This document shows, piece after piece, positions 28,046 through 38,368 of a DNA stretch of 64,000 nt. The stretch lies in the NCBI GenBank assembly GCA_963709345.1, contig CAVPVX010000001.1, positions 352,001 through 416,000 of the forward strand, in the 5' to 3' direction. The notes under the pieces are model-generated. The model did not search any database and had not been told where the DNA came from. It saw only the letters and a list, made by a program, of their open reading frames with translations. Numbering within the stretch: the stretch's first letter is position 1; every line of letters begins with the position of its first letter. The translations under genes and the position numbers were made by a program. The DNA comes from an uncultured Actinomycetes bacterium. Lineage in GTDB: Bacteria; Actinomycetota; Thermoleophilia; UBA2241.

Positions 28046-29836
28046 ATGTTCCGCTCAGTCAAGAACTGGCTCACTCTTCTCATCGTCGGCCTCGTCGCGC
28101 TGGCGATGCTGGTCGCATGGGTCTACGTCGTGCCGCCTCTCCGCGGTCGCCTGGTCGAGCAGAAGCTGGTCGACGCACGAGGCAACGCCCGGCTGATCAG
28201 CGAGACCGTCAGCCAGTTCATCGCATACAACGCGACCTCCGGCCAGCTCAGCGTCTTCGACGAGAACTCCCTCGACCGCACCGTGAGCAGCATCGCCACC
28301 CGGTTCGGCGGTCGCGTGATCGTCTACACCCGGAACCTCGTGCCGCGGAAGGACTCCGGGGGTCAGGACCCCCTCGACGTCGCGGACTACCCGATGCTGG
28401 AGGAAGCCGTCAGGCGAGGGCGCGTCACCCAGGGCACGGTGACCACCGCGAACGGGCGCGTCGCAGCAACGGCCGTCCCTCTGTACTCGGCGAATGCGGG
28501 CCGCACCGTCGTCGCCGGCGTGCTCGTCATCTCGTCGCTCGAAGACGTGGACAACGCCGTCGAGGCCGTCCAGCGGCAGCTGCTCCTCGCGACGATCCTT
28601 GCCCTCGCCATCAGCCTGATGCTCGGCTACATGGCGTCGTTCTTCATCGCCCGCCGGCTGAAGCGCATCGAGCGCAGCGCCGAGGCGATCGCCGGTGGGG
28701 ACCTCTCGATCAAGGTGCCCGAGACGCTCGAAGACGAGATCGGCCAGCTGGCCGACACCTTCAACGTCATGGCCGACAGGCTGCGCAGCGCCTTCGCTCA
28801 GGTCGAGTACGAGCGCGACCGCGTCGAGGTGCTGCTCAACGACCTGAGCGAAGGCGTGATCGGCCTGTCGGCTGACGGCGAGGTGACCATCGCCAACCCG
28901 GCGGCGGCCATCCTGCTCCAGGCGCCGATCACCGTGGGCGCGACCGTCGAAGAGGCCCTTCCCGCCGACGTCGTCAACCTCTGGCACGATTCGCGCGCCG
29001 ACGGCTACGCGGACATCCTGGTGTTCGCCCACGGCGACGTCACCCTGGAAGCGACCACGTATCCGGTGGGCAGCTCCGCCGACTTCACCAGCATCGTCGT
29101 GCTCCGCGACGTGACCGCGCAAGCCCGCCTCGAGCGAGCGCGGCGAGATCTCATCGCCAACGCCTCCCACGAGTTCAAGACGCCGCTCTTCTCGCTCGCC
29201 GGGTCTCTGGAGCTCATCGACGAAGGGGAGCTGAGCCCGGAGGAGCAGCGTGAGTTCCTGCAGATCATGCGCCAGCAGGTGGACCGCCTGCGCAACATGG
29301 CCGTCAGCATGCTCGACCTCTCGCGCGTGGAAGCCGGGTCCTTCGAGCTGCACCCCGAAGAGGTGGGCCTGGTCGATGTCGGGCGGTCTGTCCTCGACGA
29401 GTTCCAAGCCCAGGCGCAGACGAAGGAGTTGAAGCTGGAGATCGCCGGCGACGAAGGTCACACGGCATGGTGCGACGAGCAACGGCTCGCACAGGTGCTG
29501 CGCGCGCTGATCGACAACGCCGTGAAGTACTCCCCGTCCGGCAGTTCGGTGCGTCTGACGACGTCGGTCCTGGACGCGGATGCCGTCGTCTGCGTCGAGG
29601 ACGACGGGCCGGGCATCTCCGTGCAGGAGTTGCCGCACGTGTTCGAACGCTTCCACCGTGGCCGCGAGGAGCGCAGCACGACCACCGGCGCCGGATTAGG
29701 TCTCTCGATCGCGCGCGAACTCACGGAGATGATGGGCGGCAGCATCAGCGCCGAGTCGCCGGGCAGGGGCGGCGCGCGGTTCATCCTGCGGCTCCCGCGG
29801 TCGCCCGACAAGCGCCGCACACGCTCCGGCTCGTGA
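28046..29836 (+). CDS. Sensor histidine kinase (2 TM, HAMP, PAS-like, HisKA, HATPase)
   Basis: DEIGQLADTFN, NASHEFKTPL, LIDNAVKYS, DDGPGI, GAGLGLSI. Confidence 0.95.
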   Translation: MFRSVKNWLTLLIVGLVALAMLVAWVYVVPPLRGRLVEQKLVDARGNARLISETVSQFIAYNATSGQLSVFDENSLDRTVSSIATRFGGRVIVYTRNLVPRKDSGGQDPLDVADYPMLEEAVRRGRVTQGTVTTANGRVAATAVPLYSANAGRTVVAGVLVISSLEDVDNAVEAVQRQLLLATILALAISLMLGYMASFFIARRLKRIERSAEAIAGGDLSIKVPETLEDEIGQLADTFNVMADRLRSAFAQVEYERDRVEVLLNDLSEGVIGLSADGEVTIANPAAAILLQAPITVGATVEEALPADVVNLWHDSRADGYADILVFAHGDVTLEATTYPVGSSADFTSIVVLRDVTAQARLERARRDLIANASHEFKTPLFSLAGSLELIDEGELSPEEQREFLQIMRQQVDRLRNMAVSMLDLSRVEAGSFELHPEEVGLVDVGRSVLDEFQAQAQTKELKLEIAGDEGHTAWCDEQRLAQVLRALIDNAVKYSPSGSSVRLTTSVLDADAVVCVEDDGPGISVQELPHVFERFHRGREERSTTTGAGLGLSIARELTEMMGGSISAESPGRGGARFILRLPRSPDKRRTRSGS

Positions 29837-30016
29837 AGACGCAGCCGTCGTCGGCGCAGCGACTTCACGAGCCTTAATGGCCGCGGTGGGGTTACTCAAC
29901 ACGGGCGTGAGAGCAATTAACACCTGCGGGGCATGTAGGACGCGAGCGCAGGCCGGGGCTGGAATGGTGTTCAGGCCTTTCTCGGCACGGCATTCCGGAA
30001 ACGAAGGGAAACGACC

Positions 30017-31198
30017 ATGAAGCTCAGAGGGTTCCTGGCGGGGCTCGCCGGAGGCGCGGCCTCCGCCGCTCTCGTCGTCTTGCTGCTCGTGTTCGTGTTC
30101 GATCTCGGCGGAGTCGAGCAGACGATCGTCCAAGCCATGCCAGAGACCCCGGCCACCTACGCGCCGGCATCGTCCACGGGGCTCACGCCCGACCAGATCT
30201 ATCGCGACCTCTCCGGCGGCGTCGTCATGGTGCTGGCCCGGTTCGACAGCGCCGGCACGGATCAGTTCGGGCAGACCCAAAGCGGTCAGGCGCTGGGCAC
30301 CGGGTTCGTCGTCGACGATCAGGGCTACGTGCTGACCAACGCCCACGTGGTCGAGAGCGACACCGGGCAGCGCGCCGGTGCAGTCACCGTCGTCTTCAAC
30401 GAGGGCGGCTCGGAAGGCAGGCGCGTCGCGGGTGAACTGGTCGGCGTCGACGCTGGCAGCGACGTGGCCGTCATCAAGGTCGACCCGAAGAGGGTCGACC
30501 TGAAGCCCCTCCCCCTCGGCGACTCGGACGAAGTCGTCGTCGGCGAGTCGGTGGTCGCCATCGGCAACCCGCTCGGCTACGACTTCTCCATCACCGCCGG
30601 TATCGTCTCGGCGACGGGCCGGAGCCTGCAGGCTCCCAACGGGCAGACCATCCCCAACGGCATCCAGACTGATGCGGCGATCAACCAAGGGAACTCCGGC
30701 GGACCGCTGATTGACAGCGCCGGCAGAGTGATCGGCATCAACGAGCAGATCGCCTCACAGGGAGGCGGCAACGACGGCCTCGGGTTCGCCGTGCCGATCA
30801 ACACAGCGATCCGATCGCTCGAGCAACTCAAGGCGACCGGCAAGGTGAAGTACGCCTGGATGGGCGTGGGCCTCAAGACGCTGACGAGCGACATCGCGGG
30901 GATGTTCGACATGGAGACGCAGGGCGGCGCCCTTGTCGAGGAGGTCTCGCCGGGCAGCCCCGCCGGCGAAGCCGGGATCAAGGGCGGGGACCAGACCGTC
31001 ACTGTGCAGGGCGAACAGTTCACTATCGGCGGCGACGTGATCGTCAAGGTCGACGACACGGACATCGAGAGCGCGGACGACCTCATCGCGTTCCTCGCCA
31101 AGAAGAAGCCGGGCGACGAGGTGACCGTGACCGTGGAGCGTGACGGCACGAAGCAGCAGCTCACCGTGACGCTGTCGGAGCGACCCGGCGATCTGTAA
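30017..31198 (+). CDS. htrA: HtrA/DegP-family serine protease with a PDZ domain
   Basis: TNAHVV, DVAVIK, AINQGNSGGPL catalytic triad motifs; N-terminal TM; C-terminal PDZ. Confidence 0.93.
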   Translation: MKLRGFLAGLAGGAASAALVVLLLVFVFDLGGVEQTIVQAMPETPATYAPASSTGLTPDQIYRDLSGGVVMVLARFDSAGTDQFGQTQSGQALGTGFVVDDQGYVLTNAHVVESDTGQRAGAVTVVFNEGGSEGRRVAGELVGVDAGSDVAVIKVDPKRVDLKPLPLGDSDEVVVGESVVAIGNPLGYDFSITAGIVSATGRSLQAPNGQTIPNGIQTDAAINQGNSGGPLIDSAGRVIGINEQIASQGGGNDGLGFAVPINTAIRSLEQLKATGKVKYAWMGVGLKTLTSDIAGMFDMETQGGALVEEVSPGSPAGEAGIKGGDQTVTVQGEQFTIGGDVIVKVDDTDIESADDLIAFLAKKKPGDEVTVTVERDGTKQQLTVTLSERPGDL

Positions 31199-31271
31199 TG
31201 CCGCACGCCGACGCTCAGTAGCCCGGGATGACCGGGTTGAGCGCTGCCTCGCGCCTGACCCGGTCGTAGTG

Positions 31272-31304
31272 GGCGGCGGCTGACACAGCCGTTCAGCCGC
31301 CGCC
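31272..31304 (+). terminator. GC-rich hairpin downstream of htrA
   Basis: GGCGGCGGCTGA / TCAGCCGCCGCC, perfect 12-bp stem; no U-tract. Confidence 0.5.
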
Positions 31305-31391
31305 ACTCACCCCATGGGCGATCGCCATGCTGGTCTCGAAGTGCGACCGCCGCGACCCGGCCCACTGTTTCGGGTACGGTACCCACTCTTT

Positions 31392-31421
31392 TTGACAGAC
31401 CGGCCGTCTCGGGTGTATACC
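31392..31421 (+). promoter_or_regulatory. Putative sigma70-type promoter of the kam operon
   Basis: TTGACA-N18-TATACC about 50 bp upstream of the regulator start. Confidence 0.45.
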
Positions 31422-31473
31422 GGGTGTCCGGGCCCATAAGGGCTCCCGCATCGCCCGAACACAGGAGAACCGC

Positions 31474-32199
31474 TTGTTGAGCGAGCCGCTCGACGACCGC
31501 ATGCGCACCCTGCTGCCCATCGCGCGTGGCCTGGCCAAGATGTTCGGCCCCGGCTGCGAGGTCGTACTGCACGACATCCGCCGGCTGCCGCACTCCATCG
31601 TCGCCATAGAGAACGGATCCGTCAGCGGCCGCACGGTGGGCGACGTGCCGACCGACCGCATGCTGCGCAACCTGCGCAACACCGGCGATGCCCAGGACGT
31701 ACGCCTCTACATCTCCTCCCACGAGGGGAAGATCCTCAAGTCGCTCGCGGTGACGCTTCGCGACGAGGACGGCTCGCCGTACGGGCTCCTCGGCCTCAAC
31801 TACGACATCTCCGAGGTCGTGCAGGCACAGCGCACGCTTGCGGACTTCACCGCCGTCGGCCCACTGGGCAGCGCCCGAGCGCCGGAGACCGGCGAGATCT
31901 TCGCCGGCGACATCCGCGAGGTGGTGGCGGGCATGATCACCAAGATCGTGAACGAGATGGGCAAGACGCCGGCGGCGATGTCGCGCGAGGAGAAGATGGA
32001 AGTGGTCTCCCAACTCGAGGAGCGCGGCGCCTTCCTCGTGAAGCGATCGGCCGAGCAGGTCGCCGAAGCTCTCGACCTGTCCCGGTACACGATCTTCGCG
32101 TACCTCAAGGAGATCCGCCACGGCGCCGCGGCGCAGCCCGCCGAACGCGGTGGCACACAGCCGGCGCGCGCCACGGACGGCGAGAGGAGCCTGCGATGA
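31474..32199 (+). CDS. YheO/DauR-like PAS + HTH transcriptional regulator
   Basis: FGPGCEVVLHD, SIVAIENG.VSGRTVG, LKS, LEERGAFLVKRS, VAEALDLSRYTIFAYL. Confidence 0.88.
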   Translation: MLSEPLDDRMRTLLPIARGLAKMFGPGCEVVLHDIRRLPHSIVAIENGSVSGRTVGDVPTDRMLRNLRNTGDAQDVRLYISSHEGKILKSLAVTLRDEDGSPYGLLGLNYDISEVVQAQRTLADFTAVGPLGSARAPETGEIFAGDIREVVAGMITKIVNEMGKTPAAMSREEKMEVVSQLEERGAFLVKRSAEQVAEALDLSRYTIFAYLKEIRHGAAAQPAERGGTQPARATDGERSLR

Positions 32200-33332
32200 C
32201 GCCGTCGAGCCGCGACGGCATCGCCGAGGTCCGTCCGGAGACCGCGACGGTCGCCGCTCTCTGCGACATCCTCGCCGGATCCGGCAGCCGCTCGATCGCC
32301 GTCGTCGGTCTCGTCAAGAATGCCGGCAAGACGACGGTCGTCAACTCGCTCATGGCCGGCTGCGGCCGCCTGTTCGGCCTCACCTCGCTCGGCTTGGACG
32401 GCGAGCGCACCGATCACCTTACCGGCCTCGCCAAACCGAGCATCGCGCCGCCGGCAGGCACGCTCGTCGCGACGACACGGGGCTCGCTCGAACGCTCGCG
32501 CTACCCCATGGCTGCGCTCGAGGAGTTGCCCTTCCGCACACCGCTCGGATGCGTCGTGCTCGGGCGCGCCTCAGGCGAGGGCGCCGTCGAGGTGAGTGGG
32601 CCCACGACGCTCGCGGAGTTGCGCGTCACCATCGATCGCCTGCAGGCGCTGGGCGCCGACCAGGTGCTCGTCGACGGCGCCATCAACCGCATCGGCAGCG
32701 CCTCGCCAAGAGTCAGCGACGGCGTCGTCGTCTCCACCGGCGGCATGGTGGGGGACACTCTGGACGACGTTCTTGAGACAACTGCCTGCGCTCTCGACCT
32801 CCTCATGCTGCCAGAGGTGAGTGCCAGGACTCGCGCGGTCGTCGAGCGGCACGCCGCGGAAGGGGCGCGTGCCGTCGCCTTCGCCGCCGACGGGTCGGCC
32901 ACCGCGCTGGACCTGACGACTGTGGTCGGCGAAGGTGTCACCGTCGCCCGGGAGCTCGAGCGTCTCCAGGCGCGTACGCTGTTGATCGGCGGCGCTCTCA
33001 CGCAGGAGTTCGTCGACGACTTCACCCGCATCCTGCCGCCGCGCAGCGACGTATGCGTCGTCGTCCGCGACGCCACGGTGCTGGTGCTGCCGCCGACGAT
33101 GATCGACCGCTTCATCAGGCGCGGCATCCGGCTTGAAGTCCTCACGCCGCTGCGCGTGCTCGCTCTCACCGTGAATCCGTTCCGTGTGCCGCAGCCGTAC
33201 CAGCCCAAGGTCTTCTTCACCGCGGTCGCCGAAGCCGTTGGCGATCGCGTTCCTCTGTTCGACGTCGTGAACGGGTTTACCCGGCTGCCTGCGGGCAGGC
33301 CCGCAGGCCCTCGCGTCGTTGCCTCTCCCTGA
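32196..33332 (+). CDS. kamB: Lysine 5,6-aminomutase reactivase subunit, KamB-like
   Basis: VGLVKNAGKTT, GLTSLGLDGE..D, TPLG, GP, VDGAINR; directly upstream of kamD. Confidence 0.75.
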   Translation: MTPSSRDGIAEVRPETATVAALCDILAGSGSRSIAVVGLVKNAGKTTVVNSLMAGCGRLFGLTSLGLDGERTDHLTGLAKPSIAPPAGTLVATTRGSLERSRYPMAALEELPFRTPLGCVVLGRASGEGAVEVSGPTTLAELRVTIDRLQALGADQVLVDGAINRIGSASPRVSDGVVVSTGGMVGDTLDDVLETTACALDLLMLPEVSARTRAVVERHAAEGARAVAFAADGSATALDLTTVVGEGVTVARELERLQARTLLIGGALTQEFVDDFTRILPPRSDVCVVVRDATVLVLPPTMIDRFIRRGIRLEVLTPLRVLALTVNPFRVPQPYQPKVFFTAVAEAVGDRVPLFDVVNGFTRLPAGRPAGPRVVASP

Positions 33333-33337
33333 CGAAA

Positions 33338-34960
33338 GTGGGTGATCATGTGAACGATGCGCTTCGTCTGAATCCCGACCTGGTCGACCGCGCCCGCGCC
33401 GCCGCCAGCGCGATCGCCGACGACATCCAGCAACACATCGAAGAGCACACGACCGACACCACCGAGCGCGCCACGCTGCGCCTGCTCGGGGTCGCCGGGG
33501 TGAACGAGATCGATGTGCCTTATGTGAACATCGTCGCCGAGCACGCCCGAGAGTTGCTGCCGGGCGGCATCATGCGGCCGTTCGTCGACGCCATGCTGCA
33601 GTCCGGCAGGGACGCCCAGGCGCTCGCCGAGGCCGTCGCCGCAGGCGAACTCGAGCTGACCGCAGTACCGGAGGATCGGCGCGCCGCCGCAGAAGCGCGC
33701 GGCGAGGAGCTCGCCGGGGAAGGCGTGGCGCGCATCGACGCCGTCCGTGCGCGTCGTAACGAGCTCGTCGCCCAGACCGGTGAGGCGCTCAAACCATACG
33801 TGTACGTGATCGTCGCGACCGGCAACATCTACGAGGATGCGGCGCAGGCCAAAGCTGCGGCCCGTGCCGGCGCCGACGTGGTCGCCGTCATTCGCACGAC
33901 GGCGCAGAGCCTGCTGGACTACGTCCCCTTCGGCGAGACGACCGAGGGCTTCGGCGGAACCTACGCCACGCAGGAGAACTTCCGCCTGATGCGCGCCGCC
34001 CTCGACGAGGTCGGCGAGGAGCTCGGCCGGTACATCCGTCTCTGCAATTACGCCAGCGGCCTGTGCATGCCCGAGATCGCCACCATGGGGGCGCTCGAGC
34101 GGCTCGACATGATGCTGAACGACTCCATGTACGGGATCATCTTCCGCAACATCAACATGGAGCGGACGTTCGTCGACCAGTACCTCAGCCGCCTGATCAA
34201 CGCCCGTGCCGGCATCATCATCAACACCGGTGAGGACAACTACCTGACCACCGCGGACGCCTTCGAGAAGGGCTACACGGTCGTCAGCTCGGACTTCATC
34301 AACGAGGCGTTCGCCCTGCGCGCCAACCTCGAGCCCTGGCAGATCGGCCTCGGTCACGCCTTCGAGATCAACCCTGCCAAGCCTGACCAGGTCGTCTACC
34401 AGATCGCCGATGCGCAGCTCGTCCGTCAGCTGTTCCCGGGCTACCCGCTCAAGTACATGCCGCCCACCAAGTACATGCCGGGCGACATCTTCCAGGGCCA
34501 CATCATCGACGGCATGTTCAACTTCACCGGCATCTTCACCGGCCAGGAGATCATGCTGCTGGGGATGCTCACCGAGGCCCTGCACACGCCGCTGCTCCAG
34601 GACCGTTACCTGAGCATCAAGAACGCCAAGTACGTCTTCGAGAGCTGCCGCGACCTCGCCGGCGAGGTCACCTACAAGCCTGGCGGGATGATCGAGCGGC
34701 GCGCCAACGACCAGTTGGCGAAGGCCGTGGACCAGCTCGAGCACGTGCGCGACATCAGCCTCTTCCAGGCACTGGCGAACGGCGAGTTCGCCGACGTCAA
34801 GCGTGAGCCGAGCGGAGGTCGCGGCTTCGAGGGCGTCTTCAAGGTCACCGCGGACTACTTCAACCCGTTCTTCTCGGCGCTGCGTGAGGGCCGGATGAGC
34901 GGCGCTCCCGAAGGTCCGGCGCCCGGCGGCTCCGCGGCCAAGCAGAAAGAGGGGCAGTGA
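33338..34960 (+). CDS. kamD: Lysine 5,6-aminomutase alpha subunit
   Basis: VIVATGNIYED, IRTTAQSLLDYVP, GTYATQENF, NYASGLCMPEIA, INTGEDNYL, KYMPPTKYM. Confidence 0.95.
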   Translation: MGDHVNDALRLNPDLVDRARAAASAIADDIQQHIEEHTTDTTERATLRLLGVAGVNEIDVPYVNIVAEHARELLPGGIMRPFVDAMLQSGRDAQALAEAVAAGELELTAVPEDRRAAAEARGEELAGEGVARIDAVRARRNELVAQTGEALKPYVYVIVATGNIYEDAAQAKAAARAGADVVAVIRTTAQSLLDYVPFGETTEGFGGTYATQENFRLMRAALDEVGEELGRYIRLCNYASGLCMPEIATMGALERLDMMLNDSMYGIIFRNINMERTFVDQYLSRLINARAGIIINTGEDNYLTTADAFEKGYTVVSSDFINEAFALRANLEPWQIGLGHAFEINPAKPDQVVYQIADAQLVRQLFPGYPLKYMPPTKYMPGDIFQGHIIDGMFNFTGIFTGQEIMLLGMLTEALHTPLLQDRYLSIKNAKYVFESCRDLAGEVTYKPGGMIERRANDQLAKAVDQLEHVRDISLFQALANGEFADVKREPSGGRGFEGVFKVTADYFNPFFSALREGRMSGAPEGPAPGGSAAKQKEGQ

Positions 34961-35694
34961 TGTTGATGCGACCGTACGGTGATACTCGTGATGATGGTGT
35001 CATCCAATTCTCCTTCACGCTGCCCATGGCGTACTCGGTCAAGTCGGCCGACGTCGGCAAACAGTTTCTCGAGAAGCTCGGCTTCCACACTGTCGGCATC
35101 GCCGAGTGCAAGGCGATCGACCCCGAGTACACCTTCTTCGTCGCCTACGGGCGCACCGACACCGGTATCGACCCCGACGAGGTGAAGGGCGACTACCTCG
35201 AGGTCGACGAAATGGATTACTACGCCATCAACGGCCTCATCAGGAACGAGCTGGGCCGCAAGCTCAGCGTCGTCGGCGCCGCCATAGAGAGCGATGCCCA
35301 CACGGTGGGCATCGACGCGATCATGAACATGAAGGGCTTCGCTGGGAACTACGGACTGGAGCGCTACCCGGAGATGGACGCGCTCAACATGGGCTCCCAG
35401 ATCCCGTGCGCGCAGCTGCTCAAGACGGCGCTGGACCGGGAGGCCGACGCTATCCTCGTGAGCCAGATCGTCACGCAGAAGAACATCCACGTTCAGCACC
35501 TTACGCAGTTGATCGAACTGCTGGAGGCCGAGGGCGTGCGCGAGCGTTTCGTACTGATCGTCGGAGGGCCTCGCATCAACAACGCATTCGCCAAGGAGCT
35601 CGGCTACGACGCAGGCTTCGGCCCTCGCACCACACCGCTCGAGGTCGCGTCGTTCCTCGCGCAGGAAGTCGCGCGACGCCACGAGAGCGCCTGA
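34960..35694 (+). CDS. kamE: Lysine 5,6-aminomutase beta subunit (AdoCbl/PLP-binding)
   Basis: RPYGDTRDDG, DAHTVG (DxHxxG), IMNMKGFAG (PLP Lys), GGPRI, GYDAGFG. Confidence 0.95.
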   Translation: MLMRPYGDTRDDGVIQFSFTLPMAYSVKSADVGKQFLEKLGFHTVGIAECKAIDPEYTFFVAYGRTDTGIDPDEVKGDYLEVDEMDYYAINGLIRNELGRKLSVVGAAIESDAHTVGIDAIMNMKGFAGNYGLERYPEMDALNMGSQIPCAQLLKTALDREADAILVSQIVTQKNIHVQHLTQLIELLEAEGVRERFVLIVGGPRINNAFAKELGYDAGFGPRTTPLEVASFLAQEVARRHESA

Positions 35695-35697
35695 GCA

Positions 35698-35722
35698 TGC
35701 AGCTGTTGCAGCTGTTGCAGCT
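35698..35722. repeat. Tandem 9-bp repeat (TGCAGCTGT)x2.8
   Basis: TGCAGCTGT TGCAGCTGT TGCAGCT immediately after the kamE stop. Confidence 0.8.
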
Positions 35723-35802
35723 AGACAACAGTGTCGTGATGCAGGACGTGACTACCTCGGCGGAAGCTCAAGGCACACACGCAACGGCACCAGGAGGCCA
35801 AA

Positions 35803-36996
35803 GTGTCTGAGAACGATATCGTCATCCTTTCCGCGGTACGCACCGCACAGGGCCGCTTCCAAGGCGGCTTCGCCGGCACACCGGCTCAGGAGCTGGGCGC
35901 GGTCGCGATGACCGAAGCGATGAAGCGCGCCGGCGTCACCGGCGACCAGCTCGACGAAGTGCTGTTCGGCAACGTGATCCAGGCGGGCCTTGGTCAGAAC
36001 GTCGCTCGCCAGACGGCTCTCAAGGCCGGCATTCCGGACCACGTGCCCGCAGCGACCGTGAACCGTGTCTGCGTGTCCAGCGCCGCGGCGCTCGCCTGGG
36101 CTGCGGCAAACATCAAGGCCGGCGACGGCGAACTCTACCTGGTCGGCGGCACCGAGAACATGACTCGTGCGCCGTGGTTGCTGCAGAACGGCCGCGGCGG
36201 CTACCGCATGGGCATGCCGTCCGCCGAGATGTTCGACGCCATGGTGCTCGACGGTCTTTGGTGCGCCATCGGGGGCACGCACATGGGCCTTACCGCTGAG
36301 AACCTCAGCGAGCAGTTCGACATCAGCAAGGAGCTTCAGAACGAGGTCGCCTACCAGAGCCAGCTTCGGGCGATCGCGGCGATCAAGGCCGGCAGGTTCA
36401 GGGATGAGATAGTCCCCGTCGTGATCCCTCAGCGCAAGGGCGATCCCAAGGTCGTCGACACGGACGAGTGCCCTCGCGAGACCTCGCCGGAGATCCTCGC
36501 GAAGCTCAAGCCTGTATTCACGAAGGATGGCGTGGTGACGGCAGGCAACGCATCGGCGATCTCGGACGGAGCAAGTGCGTTGGTCGTGACGTCCCGCAAG
36601 AAGGCAGCGGAGCTGGGCCTCAAGCCGATCGCCCAGCTCGTGAGCTACGCCACGGCCGCCGTCGACCCGTCGATCATGGGTCTGGGCGAGACCAAGGCCG
36701 CACAGCTGGCGCTCCAGAAGGCTGGCATGACAAGCAAAGACGTGCAGCTCGCCGAGCTGAACGAGGCTTTCGCCTGCGTCGCAGCCCTCGCCACGCGTGA
36801 ACTCGGGCTCGATGCCGGGATCGTGAACGTGAACGGCGGTGCCGTTGCCCTCGGACATCCGCTCGGCAACACCGGCACACGCCTCGTCGTCACGCTCATC
36901 CACGAACTGCAGAAGCGCGGTCAGGAGATCGGGCTCACCGGCGCCTGTGTGGGCGGCGGCCAGGGCGCCGGCTCGGTCATCAAGGTAGAGGGTTAG
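35803..36996 (+). CDS. Acetyl-CoA C-acetyltransferase (thiolase)
   Basis: NRVC (catalytic Cys), NEAF, GHPLG, CVGGGQG; RBS AGGAGG. Confidence 0.93.
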   Translation: MSENDIVILSAVRTAQGRFQGGFAGTPAQELGAVAMTEAMKRAGVTGDQLDEVLFGNVIQAGLGQNVARQTALKAGIPDHVPAATVNRVCVSSAAALAWAAANIKAGDGELYLVGGTENMTRAPWLLQNGRGGYRMGMPSAEMFDAMVLDGLWCAIGGTHMGLTAENLSEQFDISKELQNEVAYQSQLRAIAAIKAGRFRDEIVPVVIPQRKGDPKVVDTDECPRETSPEILAKLKPVFTKDGVVTAGNASAISDGASALVVTSRKKAAELGLKPIAQLVSYATAAVDPSIMGLGETKAAQLALQKAGMTSKDVQLAELNEAFACVAALATRELGLDAGIVNVNGGAVALGHPLGNTGTRLVVTLIHELQKRGQEIGLTGACVGGGQGAGSVIKVEG

Positions 36997-37089
36997 CGCA
37001 AACGGCCAAGACCACCGATGGGGGATGCCGCGCGCGCAAGCCGCTCAGGTCGTTGAGCGCAGACGGGCCTCCGGGGAAAGGGAGCGAGT

Positions 37090-38163
37090 ATGAATGAAGG
37101 CAACAAGTTCGGGGCTCACAGGGTCATCGAGCCCAAGGGCGTCCTTCCGCAACCGGCGTGGCGCGTGGACAACACGATGGAGATCTTCGACAACGAGATC
37201 CTCATCGACGTCGACACACTGAACATCGATGCGGCGAGCTTCACGCAGATCGAGGATGCGGAGGGCGGCGACGTTCACAAGATGGCGCGTCACAGTCTCG
37301 ACATCATCGCCAAGCGCGGAAAGCACCACAATCCCGATACCGGATCGGGCGGGATGCTTCTCGGCACGGTCGCCGCGATCGGCACGAGGCTTGCAGATCG
37401 CGACCTCAAGGTCGGCGATCGCATCGCCACGCTCGTGTCGCTTTCCCTCACCCCGCTCAAGGTTGATGAGGTCATCTCGGTCAACAAGGACACCTGCCAG
37501 GTCAAGGTCAAGGGCCAGGCGATCCTGTTCGAGACGGGAATCTACGCGAAGATGCCGGCCGACATGGATGAGGCTCTCGCTCTGGCGATCTTCGACGTCG
37601 CCGGCGCTCCGGCGCAGGCGGCGAAGCTCAGCAAGCCGGGGCAGACGGTATTCATCATCGGCGCTGGCGGCAAGAGCGGCCTGCTGTGCGCGTACGAGGC
37701 CAAGAAGCGCGTCAAGCCTACCGGCAAGGTGATCTGCCTGGTTCACGGCGACGCCGGCAGAATGCGCCTCGAGAAGGCGGGGTTCGCCGATGTCATCATC
37801 CAAGGATCGGCTACGGACCAGCTCTTCGTCTACGAAGAGGTGAAGAAAGCCACGGACGGCGCGATGGCCGACCTTACGATCAACTGCGTCGATGTCCCGA
37901 ACACGGAGATGGCCTCCGTCCTCGCGACGAAGGACGACGGGATGGTCTACTTCTTCAGCATGGCGACCAGCTTCACATCCGCCGCCTTGGGCGCCGAGGG
38001 CATCGGCGCCGACACGCTCATGATCATCGGCAACGGCTACACGAAGGACCATGCTGTGATCTCACTCGAGGTCGTGCGTGAGAGCCCGATCCTCATGGAG
38101 CTGTTCAAGGACACCTACGCGACGGGCGCGGGGAATCCCGAGTCGGTGAACCTGAAGGCGTAG
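37090..38163 (+). CDS. kdd: L-erythro-3,5-diaminohexanoate dehydrogenase
   Basis: HRVIEPKGVLPQPA, LNIDAASF, RGKHHNPDTGSGGML, LVSLSLTPL, DVAGAPAQ, ALGAEGIG, IGNGY. Confidence 0.93.
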   Translation: MNEGNKFGAHRVIEPKGVLPQPAWRVDNTMEIFDNEILIDVDTLNIDAASFTQIEDAEGGDVHKMARHSLDIIAKRGKHHNPDTGSGGMLLGTVAAIGTRLADRDLKVGDRIATLVSLSLTPLKVDEVISVNKDTCQVKVKGQAILFETGIYAKMPADMDEALALAIFDVAGAPAQAAKLSKPGQTVFIIGAGGKSGLLCAYEAKKRVKPTGKVICLVHGDAGRMRLEKAGFADVIIQGSATDQLFVYEEVKKATDGAMADLTINCVDVPNTEMASVLATKDDGMVYFFSMATSFTSAALGAEGIGADTLMIIGNGYTKDHAVISLEVVRESPILMELFKDTYATGAGNPESVNLKA

Positions 38164-38208
38164 AGCCGACACCTGTTCACCCGGCGCAGAGATCGTGCGC
38201 AGCCAAGC

Positions 38209-38244
38209 AACGACGAGGGGCCCTCATCTGGGCCCCTCGTCGTT
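38209..38244 (+). terminator. Intrinsic terminator-like hairpin after kdd
   Basis: AACGACGAGGGGCCC-TCATCT-GGGCCCCTCGTCGTT, perfect 15-bp stem. Confidence 0.75.
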
Positions 38245-38248
38245 CGTG

Positions 38249-38264
38249 AGTTTCACGTGAAACA
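38249..38264. promoter_or_regulatory. parS: parS centromere-like site 1
   Basis: aGTTTCACGTGAAACA, 15/16 match to TGTTTCACGTGAAACA. Confidence 0.9.
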
Positions 38265-38352
38265 GTGGGGGTGTTCCGACCGTGCCCCGCGTCGCCCCTC
38301 AGCCACGGCGCCGCAAAGCCACCCGCGTCTCGACCCCCGAGTCGAGCGGCGC

Positions 38353-38368
38353 GGTTTCACGTGAAACC
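38353..38368. promoter_or_regulatory. parS: parS centromere-like site 2, at the centre of a 46-bp perfect palindrome (38338-38383)
   Basis: gGTTTCACGTGAAACc with a perfect 14-bp core. Confidence 0.88.
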
